DNA of 64,000 bases from Camelus dromedarius (lineage: Eukaryota), in the NCBI RefSeq assembly GCF_036321535.1, contig NC_087437.1:89840001-89904000 (forward strand). The letters run 5' to 3'. A model generated the notes under the pieces. The model did no database searches. It saw only the letters and a list, made by a program, of their open reading frames with translations, and was not told the DNA's origin. A program made the position numbers and the translations under genes. This document shows, in pieces, positions 1 through 13,079 of this stretch (the first letter of the stretch is position 1; the number at the start of each line of letters is the position of its first letter).

Positions 1-821
1 GACATTTTCAGAGTGCATCTGATACATTTCAATAATTAATTCTTAAGTCAAGAAAGAGTCAAGAAATCAGATGAAGAAACACAGTAGGCTGAAAATTGCC
101 AGTGGGAAGAAAAAAAAAATCAGCCACAGATAGAACCTTTTCAAGCTGAAAAGAGGTCAGTGGGATACTACTGGGAACAGGGATAAAGCTTCAGGGGTTT
201 TTATTATTATTTACATAAACCACCCAGAGAGTAATGTGAGCTGCCCTGGCCATAACTTTGCAGAAATTGGTAGGCTCAGAAAAGAAAAATGCAATTGCAT
301 CGTAGAAAGAACTAAATCAATGAAGTACATATATAACAAGCTGTCGGAGGAGAAAAATCTCACACAAAAATACATTATCTTTTAAAGAAAACAGATGGTG
401 GAATGATGGTGCTGCATATGAACTTGAGAACTGATCCAATAAGCCCCTGCCACAAAGTTGTATCTGTTTTCTGTAGGGGGCCTTTATCTTTCGTTGGGAG
501 AATGCCACAGCATTGCCAATTGAAATACTGGACTTATATTCGTAGCTGAGTATTTTTAAATATGGGAAAGATAAATTTCAGATCTGTTTTGCAAACACAT
601 TCTTCATGATATCCCAGGTTATGTATTTTTATTTCTGCTCCCAAGTATTCTCAGATATTATCAATAAATGCAATGAAGTATAATTTATATTACTGATAGT
701 TAATTTAAAAATACCAATTCAACTTATTTTAGCATCTATTTCTTAAAGGTTTATAATGGAGAGGCAGATATACTTGGATCATTATATTCAGTGACCTATT
801 GAGATTATTTATTTTTGCCTA

Positions 822-1183
822 TTTTTTTAAAGTAGAGTTGATTTACAATGTTGTGTTGGTTTCTGGTGTACATTACAGTAATTCAGTCATACATTTATAT
901 ATACATATTATTTCTCATTATACGTATTACAAGATATTGAATATGGTTCCCTGTGCTGTACTGTAGGACATTGTTACTAATCTATTTTATATATAGTAGT
1001 TTGTATCTGCTAATCCCAAACTCCTAATTTATACTCCCCCTTCTGCTTCGTTAACCATAGTTTGTTTTCTGTATCTGTGAGTCTGTTTCTGTTTTGTTCA
1101 TTTGTGTCATATTTTGATTCCATGTATTGGTGATACGTGATATTTAGCTTTGTCCATCTGATTTATTTCACTTAGCATGATGA
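822..1183 (-). mobile_element. L1 3' end, cetartiodactyl-type (L1_Art-like), 5'-truncated
   Basis: T-run followed by agttgatttacaatgttgtg...ttccctgtgctgta...ctaatcccaaactcctaattt...tttcacttagcatga, the reverse complement of an L1 3' UTR. Confidence 0.9.
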
Positions 1184-1579
1184 GCATATTTCTTTATAGT
1201 GGCTCTTAATACAAGGTCTCAGGAAAGGTTAACGCATGGAGAAAGATATATATGCATAGCATTTACAGTTTGCTTTATCAAGTGAAATTCACCTGCTGAA
1301 AGTAAAAGCAACCTTTACAGTCAAATGCCCACAACTTGGCATAGGAACCACTAGGTGACACTATCATAATGCTAGTTCTGATCAATAATCCTAAACCTCT
1401 AACAGGGAAAGTAAAATAACAATACACTTATTTTAAGATTCTTGAAATGTCAGTGTGTGCTCCTGCATTCTATAATCTGGTAATAGGAAATGAGGGAGCG
1501 TTAGATACTCCTAGACAAAGCCCTTTGTATTCCTAGCTGCTACACCTGTGCTTAACACATAATAGGTAGTCAACTCACT

Positions 1580-1625
1580 GGAAAAACATATATCTTATAT
1601 CCGGAAAAACATATATCTTATATCC
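1580..1625. repeat. Perfect 23-bp tandem duplication (ggaaaaacatatatcttatatcc x2)
   Basis: Identical units at 1580-1602 and 1603-1625. Confidence 0.97.
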
Positions 1626-2279
1626 CTCAACAACTTTTAAGGAAGTAGTAATTTGTAAAAAGAAGTGTTTTGAATTTAGAAATTCACTACATGATTCCTT
1701 ATAATTCAAACGACTTGTGAAATAGTAATTTCCAATTGTCTCTGTGAGCCCCAGGATAACTTTGGCAAGAAAGTAAATTATATATGCTTTAGTTCCAATT
1801 TTACTTCTAAGTAAGTGAAAGAGTAAAATATACAACTCAAATGGATAGAGTAACAAGTACATTAGATTTTTAAATCTCAGCTTGAATAATAGAAGGTGGT
1901 TGTGGCATAGGTAGGAAATTTTCCATATGTGAGATAATCTGTTATGTGGCAACCAAATTATAAGAGTTACTCTATTTTTTTTCCTTTGGCAAAAATAAAT
2001 TATATAAAACAGGAAGGAGTAAGTTTACACTAATGCACTTACCAATTAAAAGGAGAAATTTCAAAAATACAAACAGGGCAGCTATGGCTGAAATTAATGT
2101 CCTTATACAGAAATAGAAGATTGTATCTAAACATCTTAGATGTTCAGCTCAAGTGCTTGAAGAATTTCAACTTGTCTTTGCCTATGGCTCTATTAATTCC
2201 TGTAACAGAAATGAACAAAGCTCATGGCATGATTCTATCAAATTTAACTAAGTGATACTAGGTATCTCAGTCAGTAGCT

Positions 2280-2930
2280 ATGTGAGAGGCACATAGAAAC
2301 AAAAAGGGTCTGTCCATTTGCAGAAAAGGGAAGAACCCTTGCCCCGGACAAGAATTATTGATGCCTATTTGAACTATTCTGGAAAAAGCTGCTAGAACAG
2401 GTGGGAACAGAATTGAGCTCTGAATGGGGAGAATGATTTGAAAGTGAACATACATATTAATATCAGATATGAGGAATTCATTCAAGCTGGTGAACTGCAG
2501 AGTTGCTTAAGAAAAGAAGGAAGTTGGCTCCAAGTGTTTCATGGCAGGATTGTGGGGCAAATTTCTTGTACAGGAAAAGAACAATTAATGGAAGAGAGCC
2601 AGCTGACTGAGGGATTTGAATTTCTTAAATATGGATGTGAATTGTTTTGGTAATTTGAAAAAAAGTAGGAAATATGGTGGTAAATGGCTATACTGATACA
2701 AGAAGAAATTAGGGCCTCATATTCCACATAATCGCAAGAAGGAAAAAGAGGAGGGAGAAAGCAAAAATGAAGACAGAGAATAAAAAGACAGTGGAACCGG
2801 TAATGATAATGAAAGTACCAAGGTGGAGCGAAACTTTTGGTCTCTCAAATAAGAAACCTGAAGAATAGTCACTGAAGACTGAAAAAATGGTTACTTAAGC
2901 AAACTTTTAGAATTAGTGTGGAAAAGTGTG
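2280..2930 (-). mobile_element. Highly decayed L2-like fragments
   Basis: Purine-rich tract with weak resemblance to antisense L2. Confidence 0.3.
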
Positions 2931-5909
2931 AGTTACTTGGTCTCCATGATGTCTGGAAGAGGTCAATATACCTGATCTCTTACTGAAGCTACTGGATCAA
3001 ATACTATTACAGCTCCCATTGGGACAAGGCATGCAAACAGGGAATACTGTTTACCTACTCGAAGAGTAAAACATTCTCTAAGTTAAAGTGAGTAGGAACA
3101 GCACACTCTATACACAGACAACAGATTTTTCCAAGGTAAAACCACCTGATTAAGTAAGTCTATTTGCAAGAGTAAGAATTGAATGTTTTCATCTCATATC
3201 AGAGATCACATTTGCCCTTTGCATATGACTCTCAATAACTGAAATAAACAAATAATAGTTTTGAATGAAGATCTGGATGTCACGTCATGAGGTTTAATAA
3301 GAAGAATTCACATTTTTAAAATTTTATTTTCTCACATACCTCTTTTTTAAAATTTTCAGTTGTCTCATGAGATACTTATGTTTTAATTTATATTTAGGCA
3401 ATTATTACATTTTATCTATTTACAGTGTTTCCTCACCTGTAACTATAAATGCTTTGATATTTAAAATTAAAGTAGTTTCATTATCTTTCAGAGTAAGAGC
3501 ACTCACTCTCTTACACTGCATTCCTCACAGTAAATGCAACTTACATTTTATATGTTTTTTTCATTGATTTATTGTCATCTTATTCATTTTCCAGCCACTT
3601 TACTTCCCCATAAATTACATCTTTTCTCTTTATCAATTATATATCGTTAATTTTGGATCTGTCATTTATATTCGTACGAACTACTGATAAAGCTGAGGCA
3701 ATTAGATAATTTTCAAGGAAAGCAAATCCTGTCCAATTTGTTTAAGCATGAGTGATAACATAAAATATATCTTAGTGTAGTCATTTCTCTACCAGTTTCA
3801 GAAGTGATAGTGTATGACTGACATCTTAAAACTTACTGCCCATATTTCAATCTATTTTAAGATGACAGTCTCTTTTAAGGTTACTGAGAACTTTCCAAAT
3901 ACAAAAGCAGCCTGATTTTATTCCCCCCAAATTTGTTTTGTATGTAAATCAGTACTAGTCAAAGTTTAATAGTAGAATATATAGACTGATAATGCAATCT
4001 TCCATTCCATTATGCTATGTGGAAGTCAATGATAAATGAGATAATCTAGGACAAAATTGTGATGTTAATTTTCTTGGGGAAAGTTTTTGCAAAAAGCATT
4101 ATGCAGTCTTTTTTTTTTTTTTAAAGTCCTGAAGACATATTCATTTCTACAGCTACATAGAGTTTATTTTGAATCACTGATATTGACATGGTTGCTAAGA
4201 TTTAGATTTGATTTCAAAATATAAAATATACTATCACTATTTTTGACTAGTGACTTACACATAAATTTGACAAATATTCTGGAAATGAATAGATGGATAA
4301 TTCTATGCGAATGAATTACTATGCCACTAAATGCATTTCTAGTTGCTACATTTTAAAACAGAATAATTGCAGTTGATAAGAAATGCTTTATTTCAGCCTA
4401 TCTGTTACTAGACTGTGAGTAAATGGGTTTTCTTTTGTTTTATTCTAAGAAATCTCCTAAAAATGACTAGGACTTTTTAAAACTTGGCTTCTCTCAAATT
4501 GTCTGCTAAAAAAAAAATAAAAAACAAAAGGAAAAAAAAAGACATGGGGTGAATTATGATGACTGAAATAGCTATAAAAGAAATACTCATTAAACACATA
4601 TTTAGCTCTAATAAATATGGAGTCAAACGATCATGCTGAAATGACCTCTTGACCATGCCAGATATATTAAATAACATTTATGTGTAAAAAATACCAAAGA
4701 TTTTGTTAACACCTCCCAAAAGGCTTATAAGTAGTTTTAAAATCTATCTTTAGCTATATAGCTGTATCTCACCTAGGTCTAAATTTATCCCCCAGTTTTA
4801 TAAGAAAGAAACTATTTCACGCATGAAGAGTAACTTTTATTTGCAAATAAGCAAATACCCAGTTTTCAATGAGTCAAACATCAGATTACATAAAAATATC
4901 TACCTCAATTTTTAGGGGAAGCTGTATCCTGATATACACGGATTTAGCTTCCTGTTTCCCAGTTTCCATTTGAATATGCTATCACAAACTAGTTTGCCTG
5001 CTATTGTGAATACATATTACTGGGATTTCTAAACTCTGGTTAGGCAGCTGAGAGATTTGACCGTCTTTCCCAAGATGACTTCTGGATGAGTTGGAAGACA
5101 ATTACTTTATGAGCTATTTGGTGGCTTTTCAAGCCAAACAGTATTCCTGCCTTGTGTCTAGACAGCATGCTTACTGAGTGAACCCAATGCCTGTTGGATG
5201 ATTATCCCATCTTGGATAAAACAGATTACATGTTATGAATTTGGAATCTTACTCTGCCAGGAGGCGGTTTTTATTTGGCCAGGATGGGAAAACACCTAAG
5301 TAGTGAGTTAAATTAATGACCTTTTTGAAGCTTATGCCACACACATTATTACTGCTTTGGTGTCACTCAAATAATGCTATATTGAATTATAGCCAGGAAT
5401 CTAATGCATAAGTAACTTTTAATCTGCTGTGTTCAAAATAAAACTAGAATATACAATTAAGATTTGCAATTTTTATTACTTTTAGCATATTATTCCTGAC
5501 AAGTTTTTTTAAATGTAGTTTTCTTCCCCCCTGATTTATTTAGACATGGAACTTTTCAATTATTTCAATTAGAAGAATCAATAATATAGGTAAGAAGTAT
5601 TTTGGGGAAAGAAGATGGAATCTAATATTTTTCTGATAATACAATTTATAATTCTTTCCTTCACTTTCACTTCTGTTCCACAGTACAACATAAATGTACT
5701 TTTCTGTGGGTTGACATATTGACAAGATCAGGACTATCATTCTAGGTTTCTGCCTTTAGGTCTGCAGTGTTGATGACAATGAAGAGGAATGAAGAATAAT
5801 AAAGTATTTAAAACGTTTCATAAATATTTAGAGGTGCTTATTTAATTCATGGTTCAGTTTTGTTTTTTTTCCTGCTAAATGTTTCAACTGTATTTTTGAA
5901 CAGATTTCT

Positions 5910-6210
5910 ATTCTCTCAAATCTGTCTGTTTCTCCCTGATGTTACTACTAAACACTCTAGGCCAACATTTCTCCAGGGACTGCTGCAATTTTCCAGACAA
6001 TTCAACTTGTCTCTTTGTCATCTACAGTAATCTCTTCTAATTTGTTCTTATGAATATCCAGTAATCTCAAAGTATAAACATGAGAATATTTTACCATCCC
6101 CACCCCTATTCCATTTTAAAATCTTTAAATGGTTTTCCATTGTTTTTAGAATAGGAAAAACAAACAAACAAAACTCCTCTATAAGAGAAACTTCAAGCCA
6201 CTGTGTAGGA
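5910..6210 (+). mobile_element. L2 fragment, left part of an element split by L1
   Basis: ctaggccaacatttctccagggactgctgcaa...ttaaaatctttaaatggttttccattg...aaactcct resembles the L2 3' region. Confidence 0.55.
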
Positions 6211-6211
6211 C

Positions 6212-7074
6212 ATTACATATAGAAGACTCCATCAAAAAACTGTTAGAACTAATTAACAATTTAAGTAAAGTCACAATACACAAAATCAATACACAAAAAT
6301 CAGTTGAGTTTCTACATACCAACAAACTATCAGAAAGAGAAAGTAAGAAAACAATTCAATTTATAACTGCATCAAAAATAATAAAATACCTAGGGATAAA
6401 TTGATCAAGGAGGTGAAAGATCTGTATACTGAAAACTATTAAGACATTGATGGAGAAAGGTGAAGAAGAAACAAGTGGAAAGATATTCTGTGTTCGTGGA
6501 TTGAAAGAACTGATATTGTTAAAATGTCCATATTACCTAAAGCAACCTATGGTTTCAATACAATCCCTCTCAAAATTCCAGTGTCATTTTTCACACAAAT
6601 AGAACAAACAATCCTAAAATTTGTATAGAACCACAAAAGACCTTGAATAGCCAAATCTATTTTGAGAAAGGAGAACAAAGCTGGAAGCATCATGCTTTCT
6701 GATTTCAAACTATATTACAATGCTATCATAATAAAAATAGTATGGTGTTGGCATAAAGGTAGATGCATAAGAGAATGGAACAGAATGGAGTCCTCATAAA
6801 TAAACTCATGCATATGTAATCAGTTAATTTTTGACAAAGGAGCCAAGAATATACAATGGGAAAAAGAAAGTCTCTTCAATAAATGGTGCTGGGAAACTTG
6901 GACAGCCACATGCAAAAGAATGAAACTGGACCCCTATCTTACACCATACACAAAAATCAACTCAAAACAGATTAAATACTTGAATATAAGACCCGAAACT
7001 ATAAAACTCCTAGAACAAAATATAGGGAGTAAGCTTCTTGACATTGGTCTTGAAAGATACTTTGGATTTGATAC
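6212..7074 (+). mobile_element. L1 ORF2 internal fragment (late RT to C-terminal region), frameshifted
   Basis: aaactgttagaactaattaac...aaaatcaatacacaaaaatcagt...ctcttcaataaatggtgctggg; remnant [38 protein letters not shown] is typical L1 ORF2p. Confidence 0.96.
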
Positions 7075-7380
7075 CCATTCTCAATTGACCTTGGCTCCCA
7101 CTGATTCCTCCACAAGGACTATAATAGGCTTTCTTTCTGTTACCATTACCTTGACTTAGGAAGTTCTTTCCTCACTTCTTTGTATACTTAGTTCTGCCTA
7201 GTTCTTCAGCTCTCCTCTGATCATCACTTCCTTCAGGAAGTCTTCCCCAGAGCCTTATTTTACTACAGTATATGTCTCTGCAATCAGATATTATTACACC
7301 ATTGTACCTTTGTTTCACAGTGGCAGATTTACATTCCTTTAGGTGCATAGTTGATTAATCTCTGCATTTTATACTAAATG
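7075..7380 (+). mobile_element. L2 fragment, right part of the split element
   Basis: ggctttctttctgtt...ttcttcagctctc...tcacttccttcaggaagtcttcccc continues the L2 3' consensus. Confidence 0.55.
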
Positions 7381-7384
7381 ACAA

Positions 7385-8590
7385 TTACCAAGGTTCCCAA
7401 TGACTGCCACTGCTAAATCCAATGGTAAGTTTCTAGTTCTCTTGACCAAGAACACTTAACTCAGTTGAACACCATTTGCTTTTTGAAAACATTTTTTTCA
7501 CTTATCTTTTTTCCTTCTTCTCTGATTCCTTTGCGTGTATCTCATCATCTGTGTGATTTCTTTAAGGGTTGCATACTGGAAAACTCAGTCCTAAGATTTT
7601 TGTTTTCTACTCTATACTGATGTCTTAGATGAGTTCATCGAACTTTATAGCTTTACTTATTATTCATACATAAAAATGTTCACATCTTTTATCTACAGTG
7701 TAGAACTTTCTCCTGAATTTCATATTCATATAGCCAATTTCTTCTTGTCATCTTCACTTTGATGCTTAATAGGTATTTCCAACTTCACTGAGTTCCACTG
7801 TTCTATCATGTTCCTCCCAAAGTCTCCACCACAGTGTAAATGTACCTATGTCCTTCCAGTTCTTCAGGCAAAAGCAAAATAAATAAAGCATGGAAATCAT
7901 CCTACACTTCATCCTTTATATCATGCCCTATTTCCAGTCAGCAAATTCTACTAAGTGTAACTTCAAAAGACCATTTCTCATCACCTTCATTCCTATGAGT
8001 TAGTTCTGCTACCATCACCTGTCCCCTGATTATCTTGAAAAGGCTTTCCAAGGGTAATAATTGCAATCTGTTTTCACCAGAGTATCCAGACAGATTCTGT
8101 TAAAATTACACCAGCACATGTCTCTCTTCTGCTTAAACTTCCAGTGGCTTTTCATCTCACTTGGAGCAAAACAGAAATCCTTACATGACTTGGGTCCTCA
8201 TTCCCTCTTTGACTTCCTCTCTTATTTACTCTCCTAAGCTCAGACTTTTCTCACCACCCAGGGCTGTTGAATGTTCCTTCAACAAGTTAGGTGCCTTACT
8301 AGCTTAAGGCCTTTGCTCTTACTGATTCCTCTTCTTGGAATGTTTCTCCCAGATGTCCACATGGCTTGGTCCCTCAACATTATTCTCTCCTCAAATGTCT
8401 CCTTTATCAGATCTCTGTTCAAAATTAAAATTGCCTGCCTTCTATACTCTACCTAAGCATTCCTGTCTGTTTTCTGCTTTATTTTTTCTTCATAACACTT
8501 ACCACATTAAAACACACTACAGTGTATAACTTAACTGATATATTTGTGATAGTCTCTGGCAATGTTGGATAAAGGGATGAATGAATGAAT
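7385..8590 (+). mobile_element. L2 (L2a-like), about 1.2 kb, with (TGAA)n tail
   Basis: ccaaggttcccaatgac...gctaaatccaatgg...ttctgcttaaacttccagtggctt...ggcctttgctctt...ggaatgtttctccc; ends in atgaatgaatgaat. Confidence 0.85.
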
Positions 8591-8819
8591 GGCCCATAAA
8601 GTAAAAAAAAAAATAAAAAATATATATAAATATATATTTCCTCCCTATTATATCTTAGCAAGGTACAGATAACCAGTAAAACTTTATCAAATTAAGAAAC
8701 ATATTTGCTTTACTCCCTTTCCAAAGATGTTCAATAAGAAAAAGCATAAAAGGAGTATCATTATCACAAGGTCTTTCTATGCACATGGATCACTGACACA
8801 GGTAATCAGAGTAAAGGCC

Positions 8820-9071
8820 ACATTTATTTATTACTGAGTATCACGTTCCTGGCTCTGTGATAGTGCATTATTTACTAAATTTACATCTGGATACCAGTTG
8901 GCTGTTTTAAAAGTGCCTTCATATATTCCTGTGATTGTTGTAACTCTATGTCTAGGTAGTGCTGATATTTTTATCCCTAATTTACTGATACAAAGAGCAA
9001 ATAAATCGTAGAGGAGATACTAAACCCAGGTACTCTGATAACCTCCAAAGCCTTTAACATTACACTCTGCT
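8820..9071 (-). mobile_element. MIR SINE (decayed)
   Basis: actctatgtctaggtag...tttatccctaatttactgat...aaacccaggtactctga. Confidence 0.55.
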
Positions 9072-10349
9072 AGTGATAAATATGCTACATTATGCTGTCA
9101 AGTTAAAGGATTTTTTTCCTACTAAAAACATGGAACCATCACTCTATCTGATTTGAAATAAAGAAGTCAAATTTATTTTTAGTGTAATTTAACTGTTGGC
9201 CTTATAGCACTTGTTGTGAAATGCTCTTAAATGCCTATTATACATTGATCACTTTATTTCTCCTTATTATAGACTTTTTTCTGTTTAGAAACCTGTAAGA
9301 AGCCACAAACCTTGGGATTTTAATTACAGACTCTCTAAAGCCCCACACAGCAGCTGTAGAATAAGCAAATATCAATTTTATTAACATAATGGAATGACAT
9401 AAACCAACTGAATGAACTGAGTCCCAGAAGATCTTGTCTTTCAGATGAGATGTGTTTAGATAGAATAAAAAGTATTACAATGATTTATTTATGAAGGAAA
9501 TGAGGATATAAACTTAAAGTAGCAATGCTTAAGCTAATTTCTAATTGCTCTACAAAGCTGTACCCTGTTTTGGTGGTAAATGAATTAAGTTTATCCACAT
9601 GTCCACAGGAAAGTGCAAGTCTGTATTTGCATTTCGAGAAGAAAGAACAGAGGGGAAAACGAAGCTTCATGAAATCAAATAAAAACAATATTCTTTTAGG
9701 TTTACAAATAGAGCATCCAGAATGGTCTTTTCAACCCAACACACACTAGTCTGTACTTTGCAACACGAAGAGGGACAGTTACACAACAGTAAGTACTGAG
9801 ATGCTCCACAGAGCAAATACAGTCAAAACCCCAATACAGTGAGAAGTAAAAAACAGAAACCAGGTCAAATGAAGCTGCAGTTTAAAAACAAGTAAAATTA
9901 CATACATTTTGACCCACTGAATCATCTCACAATAAAATTTTCATGAACACACTTTTTAACCCTGTTACACTCTTCTGAGTTCAACATGTTATATTAGTTA
10001 CGCCTAAAGCTTTTCTAGAACATTACTCATCTTATTGAAAATTAATTATCTCCTCACTTTCTCAAAAAAAAGTAAGTGAGGTTAACATAAGGTGAATGAA
10101 TGAGAAACCCAGAAGGAAAAGAATAAAAAACAATGAGAAACAAGTCTATTGGGATAATATTTTCTTTACCAATATATCTAGCAAGGTAGGTCCAATTTAT
10201 TTGTTCCTGATAACATCACCATTCTACTTTACTCACATTCCCAGCCCTATTCCTACCTGGGTGTATGGGACCTAGGTAAATGCACTTCAAGAAATGAAAA
10301 AGATTAGGTCAACTGCAATGTTGATTAACCTGTTCTCTTTAGAAACTTT

Positions 10350-10594
10350 AATAGATTAAAAGCTTGAACTCAGGAGACAGATTTGGAATTGCTGCCCTGC
10401 CTCTGACTCATTTCGTGAACTTAAACAAACTTCTAACTCTGCTTCATTTTTCTCACTTTTAAAAATGAGGACAATACTGGTACCTATCTCAAAGAGTTTT
10501 ATGAAGACTAAATTAGAAAACGCACATGTGAAATGTTTACTGTAATGCCTGGCATATAGTAAACGTTCAAGAAATATTAGCTGTTATAATTATT
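10350..10594 (+). mobile_element. MIR SINE, near full length
   Basis: Core ctctgcttcatttttctcacttttaaaaatgagga; 3' end atgcctggcatatagtaaacgttcaagaaatattagctgttat. Confidence 0.88.
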
Positions 10595-11399
10595 GTCATG
10601 TACTTTTTTAAAAGTTAGGGAAAGGTTGTAGTGATAAATTATATCTTTAAAACATTATGGCACTATCACACAGAGCAACATCTTCAGCAATTTTCCTGGA
10701 GAAGTGAAACGAACTAGAGGCTGGATTAAGAAAACAACCTTCTACAAGGTACCATCTCAGTGCCTTCCCTTAGTAAATATGTTACAGAAACATAACATGC
10801 TTTTACATTCCCTTACATATGTCTAACACTCCCAACATATTTCCTTAGATGAGCTTTGTGTGGGATAAACAAACATAAGCTTCAGTAATTGTTTCTTGAG
10901 TTATTTTTGATGAAGATTTTGTAGCTGTTACACAAAAGTTTAAATAAGTCCTTATATTTTTAAAATTAAAATCTACACATAGTTCAAAAAAAGGAGTTAA
11001 GTGATATTTTCCAAAAAAAAGTTATATAGCCTTATTCCTCAGTTTCTTTACTGATAATAAAAGCAAGTAATTTTTGTTTTAAGTATTATATAAACCTTTC
11101 TGTGACATATTTTTTATAACTTTTCTCTTTTGACATTAAGTTGAAATTCTTTAATGACATTTATATACTTTGGATTTTAATATTTAAATGTGAAGAAAGA
11201 AAAAAATACATCTATTTGGTGGATCATTTACATTAAATTATACATGTTTATTTTAATGTTATAGTAAATAGAAACACACGACTGCCACCATCAAGATGAA
11301 ATAAGCTGGTACTCATACAAAAATTGGAGTTTGGGACTTGTCTTCAACTACATAGCTTTTTGTTTTGTTTCACTTTATTTTCTACGAATATTATTTAAA

Positions 11400-11880
11400 T
11401 AATAGTAGTAATGATAGCAACCATAATGATAGGTAAATTTTACTGAGTGTTTACTATGTACCATTTCCTAGGTTAATATCTTTTTCTGTTTTTTTTTTTA
11501 ATATTTTTTATTGAGTTATATAGTCAGTTTACAATGTTGTGTCAATTTCTGGTATACAGCACAATTTTTCAGTCATACATGAATAAACATATTCATTTTC
11601 ATATTGTTTTTCACTGGGAGCTACTACAAGATATTGAATATATTTCCCTGTGCTATACAGTATAAATTTGTTTATCTATTTTATATGTATCTGTCAGTAT
11701 CTGCAAATCTCGAACTCCCAGTTTATCCTCTCCCACCCACCTCCTCCCAGTTAATATCTTTTTATATATTATCTCTTACAAATGTCACAACTGAAAGTTG
11801 AATGAACTTAATCAATTGTCCAGTTTCTCAAATCAGGTAAGCTGAAAAACCAGGATTTGACCTATGCCTAGGTGACTACA
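11400..11880 (-). mobile_element. MIR remnant interrupted by a younger L1
   Basis: tttactgagtgtttactatgtacca on the left; ccaggatttgacctatgcctaggtgactacaaa on the right. Confidence 0.55.
11486..11749 (-). mobile_element. Young 5'-truncated L1 3' end (camelid-like) with a perfect 14-bp TSD
   Basis: T-rich tail then tagtcagtttacaatgttgtgtcaatttctgg...ttccctgtgctatacagta. TSD gttaatatcttttt at 11472-11485 and 11750-11763. Confidence 0.92.
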
Positions 11881-12639
11881 AAACAGAACTTCAAAATATA
11901 TAGTGAATATTGTATAGGACAGACTGAAATATAGATGCCCCACGTAAGAAAAAAAATCTCAGAATAGTTAGAAGCTATGCCTCAATTTCAATTTCTTATG
12001 TGCCTTTCAATTCACCCTCAAAAGGTATAAATATGATGGGAAATGAGGCACACTAAATGTCATATTTGTCAAATATGAGACTTTTTTATTCACACCTGAA
12101 TAATTTATTTAATAATATTATATATGACTATTACATAAATAGAATAAATTGAAATTGAGTCTTCTCTAAACTACATATATCTCAGTTTCAACTGCTGAGT
12201 GTCCTGCATTATCTTTTAATTCTTATACAAAGTCAGAATAATTGTACTAATTTTTATATGAGCACAAATTATGATTAAATGATTACAAGTAGTATCTAAA
12301 ATCTGGTATTCTAGAAATGGCATAAAATGTTATCCCCACTATAGTTGTCAAATTTTGAATTAAAAATAAAGTCTAAAAATCAGATTGAACAATAAAAATA
12401 TATTTACTGAACTAAAACTATTTATGAATTGTATATTATTCTGGAAAATAAATCATTAAGATACATTTAGTCTATAAGTTTGTAACAGAGTGAAATGAAA
12501 TCATTTTATTTAAAGAAATTTTAGTAATACTCTAAGGTACCTTTTTCTCTATGTGGCAAAGCCTTGATCAATAAGATGTATGAATGTAGGGTATATGAAT
12601 GTAGGATAGACTGTAGTGTTAACATACGAATGCACTGCG

Positions 12640-13060
12640 ATATATGAAGGTAAGACAGATTGCAGAGTGTTGAGAATTGAAGCAGGAGACAAGTTACAAA
12701 CTACTCCAGGCAAGCTCTGAGGAATGAATGATCTGAAGAAGAGGAATCCTTGCAAATGCTTCTATTCTCATAGTAAAATTAGGACATAATTAGGACAGTA
12801 ATTTTATTCCTATAAAATTAGGACAGTTTGATCATCGATTGGTTATGGGGTTAACTCCTCCAAGATGTTTCAAGTCCCTTAAACTAGGAAATTAGGCAAA
12901 TGAGATGACACAGCAAACCTCGAGGGTTCAGATTTGCAAAGAAAAATTAGAGTTTTAGCCTTTAATATTCAAGTGGAAGTGTTCAGCAGGGTAATGGGAA
13001 TGTCAGATAGGAGCTTAGTAGTAAGGTCAAGTCTAGAAAGGTGATAACTGAAATCAACTT
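12640..13060 (-). mobile_element. L2 fragment
   Basis: ttgaagcaggagacaagtta...attcaagtggaagtgttcagcagg...ggagcttag resembles antisense L2. Confidence 0.6.
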
Positions 13061-13079
13061 AAAAAATTTAAAATAAAAC

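Noticed and set aside
1352..1364. taggtgacactat matches 13 nt of the SP6 phage promoter
   Set aside because: Flanks diverge and there is no polylinker or other vector sequence; chance match.
6920..7159. 79-aa ORF as a functional gene
   Set aside because: Fragment of a frameshifted L1 ORF2 that runs into L2 sequence.
9700..9788. Plus-strand exon-like segment (ttcttttag|...aca|gtaagt), a possible antisense lncRNA exon
   Set aside because: Short pyrimidine tract and no partner exons identified; such pseudo-exons are common.
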